64,000 bases of DNA from Geosiphon pyriformis uo1. Lineage: Eukaryota; Fungi; Glomeromycota. Positions 63,724 through 64,000 of the stretch are shown one piece after another. Location of the stretch: positions 124,001 through 188,000 of the forward strand of contig JAAOMT010000571.1 of assembly GCA_016748015.1 (NCBI GenBank), read 5' to 3'. Each line of letters opens with the position of its first letter. The first letter of the stretch is position 1. Both the position numbers and the translations under genes were made by a program. Below the pieces are notes generated by a model. It was not told the origin of the DNA and ran no database searches. It saw only the letters and a program-made list of their open reading frames with translations.

Positions 63724-64000
63724 TCAATCTTCTTCTTCGGCTTCTTGTAACCAAGTTATAAAAGGTGTTATCTTTTTTTAAATTGAACAAATAAATTTTC
63801 TTATCAAAAATGTTAAACGCTCAAATATTTGGTAAATTCACTATGTTTCATGTGATACCTTATCTCGTAACTTTTTGTTAAGTTCAACGTTTCCATGTCG
63901 CCCAGCCTCTTTGGAACGATCAGATTTGTACCATCGGATAATGGCATCTTCTTCGATAACATCTAAATCATATAAAAACTTAAGAGAAGGAGCAAGTAGC
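63724..64000 (-). CDS. 3' end of a W2-domain translation factor (eIF2B-epsilon most likely; eIF5/BZW possible); exons ..64000-63859 and 63771-63724
   Basis: LKFLYDLDVIEEDAIIRWY..KLRDK / ITPFITWLQEAEEED* matches the acidic-aromatic boxes of W2 domains. Confidence 0.75.

Noticed and set aside
63425-63790. 121-aa ORF on the - strand
   Set aside because: Out-of-frame overlap with the last exon and 3' UTR of the W2-domain gene, with a TTG start inside the intron and no recognisable motif.

Overview
Eukaryotic (fungal) genomic DNA. The short introns, Nup160/ELO genes and repeat families suggest a Glomeromycotina-type fungus (inference). Positions 1-~55,780 are a nested, decaying retrotransposon island. 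An RNase H-bearing LINE (L-a, + strand) is split by two insertions with 4-bp target duplications: a composite Ty3/gypsy block at 503-25327 (element B, carrying element A in its 5' gag and element C on the - strand in its pol) and element D (30843-41005, - strand). Next come a second, near full-length LINE (L-b, - strand), two ~2.3-kb ORF1-only LINE derivatives and very AT-rich decayed spacers. Positions ~56,000-64,000 hold intact host genes: Nup160/Nup120-like, a fatty-acid elongase, and the 3' end of a W2-domain translation factor. The most notable signal is an unusual retrovirus-like architecture shared by the diverged LTR elements. It comprises a GTG-started N-terminal Gag extension upstream of a conserved ATG, a Cys-rich domain, a dUTPase plus a dUTPase-like repeat between protease and RT, a stop after RNase H with integrase as a separate ATG-started ORF, and a conserved extra ORF in the env position. 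Assembly artefacts are also present: a Tn5/Nextera adapter, gap-flanking duplications and N runs. All alignments were done by eye.
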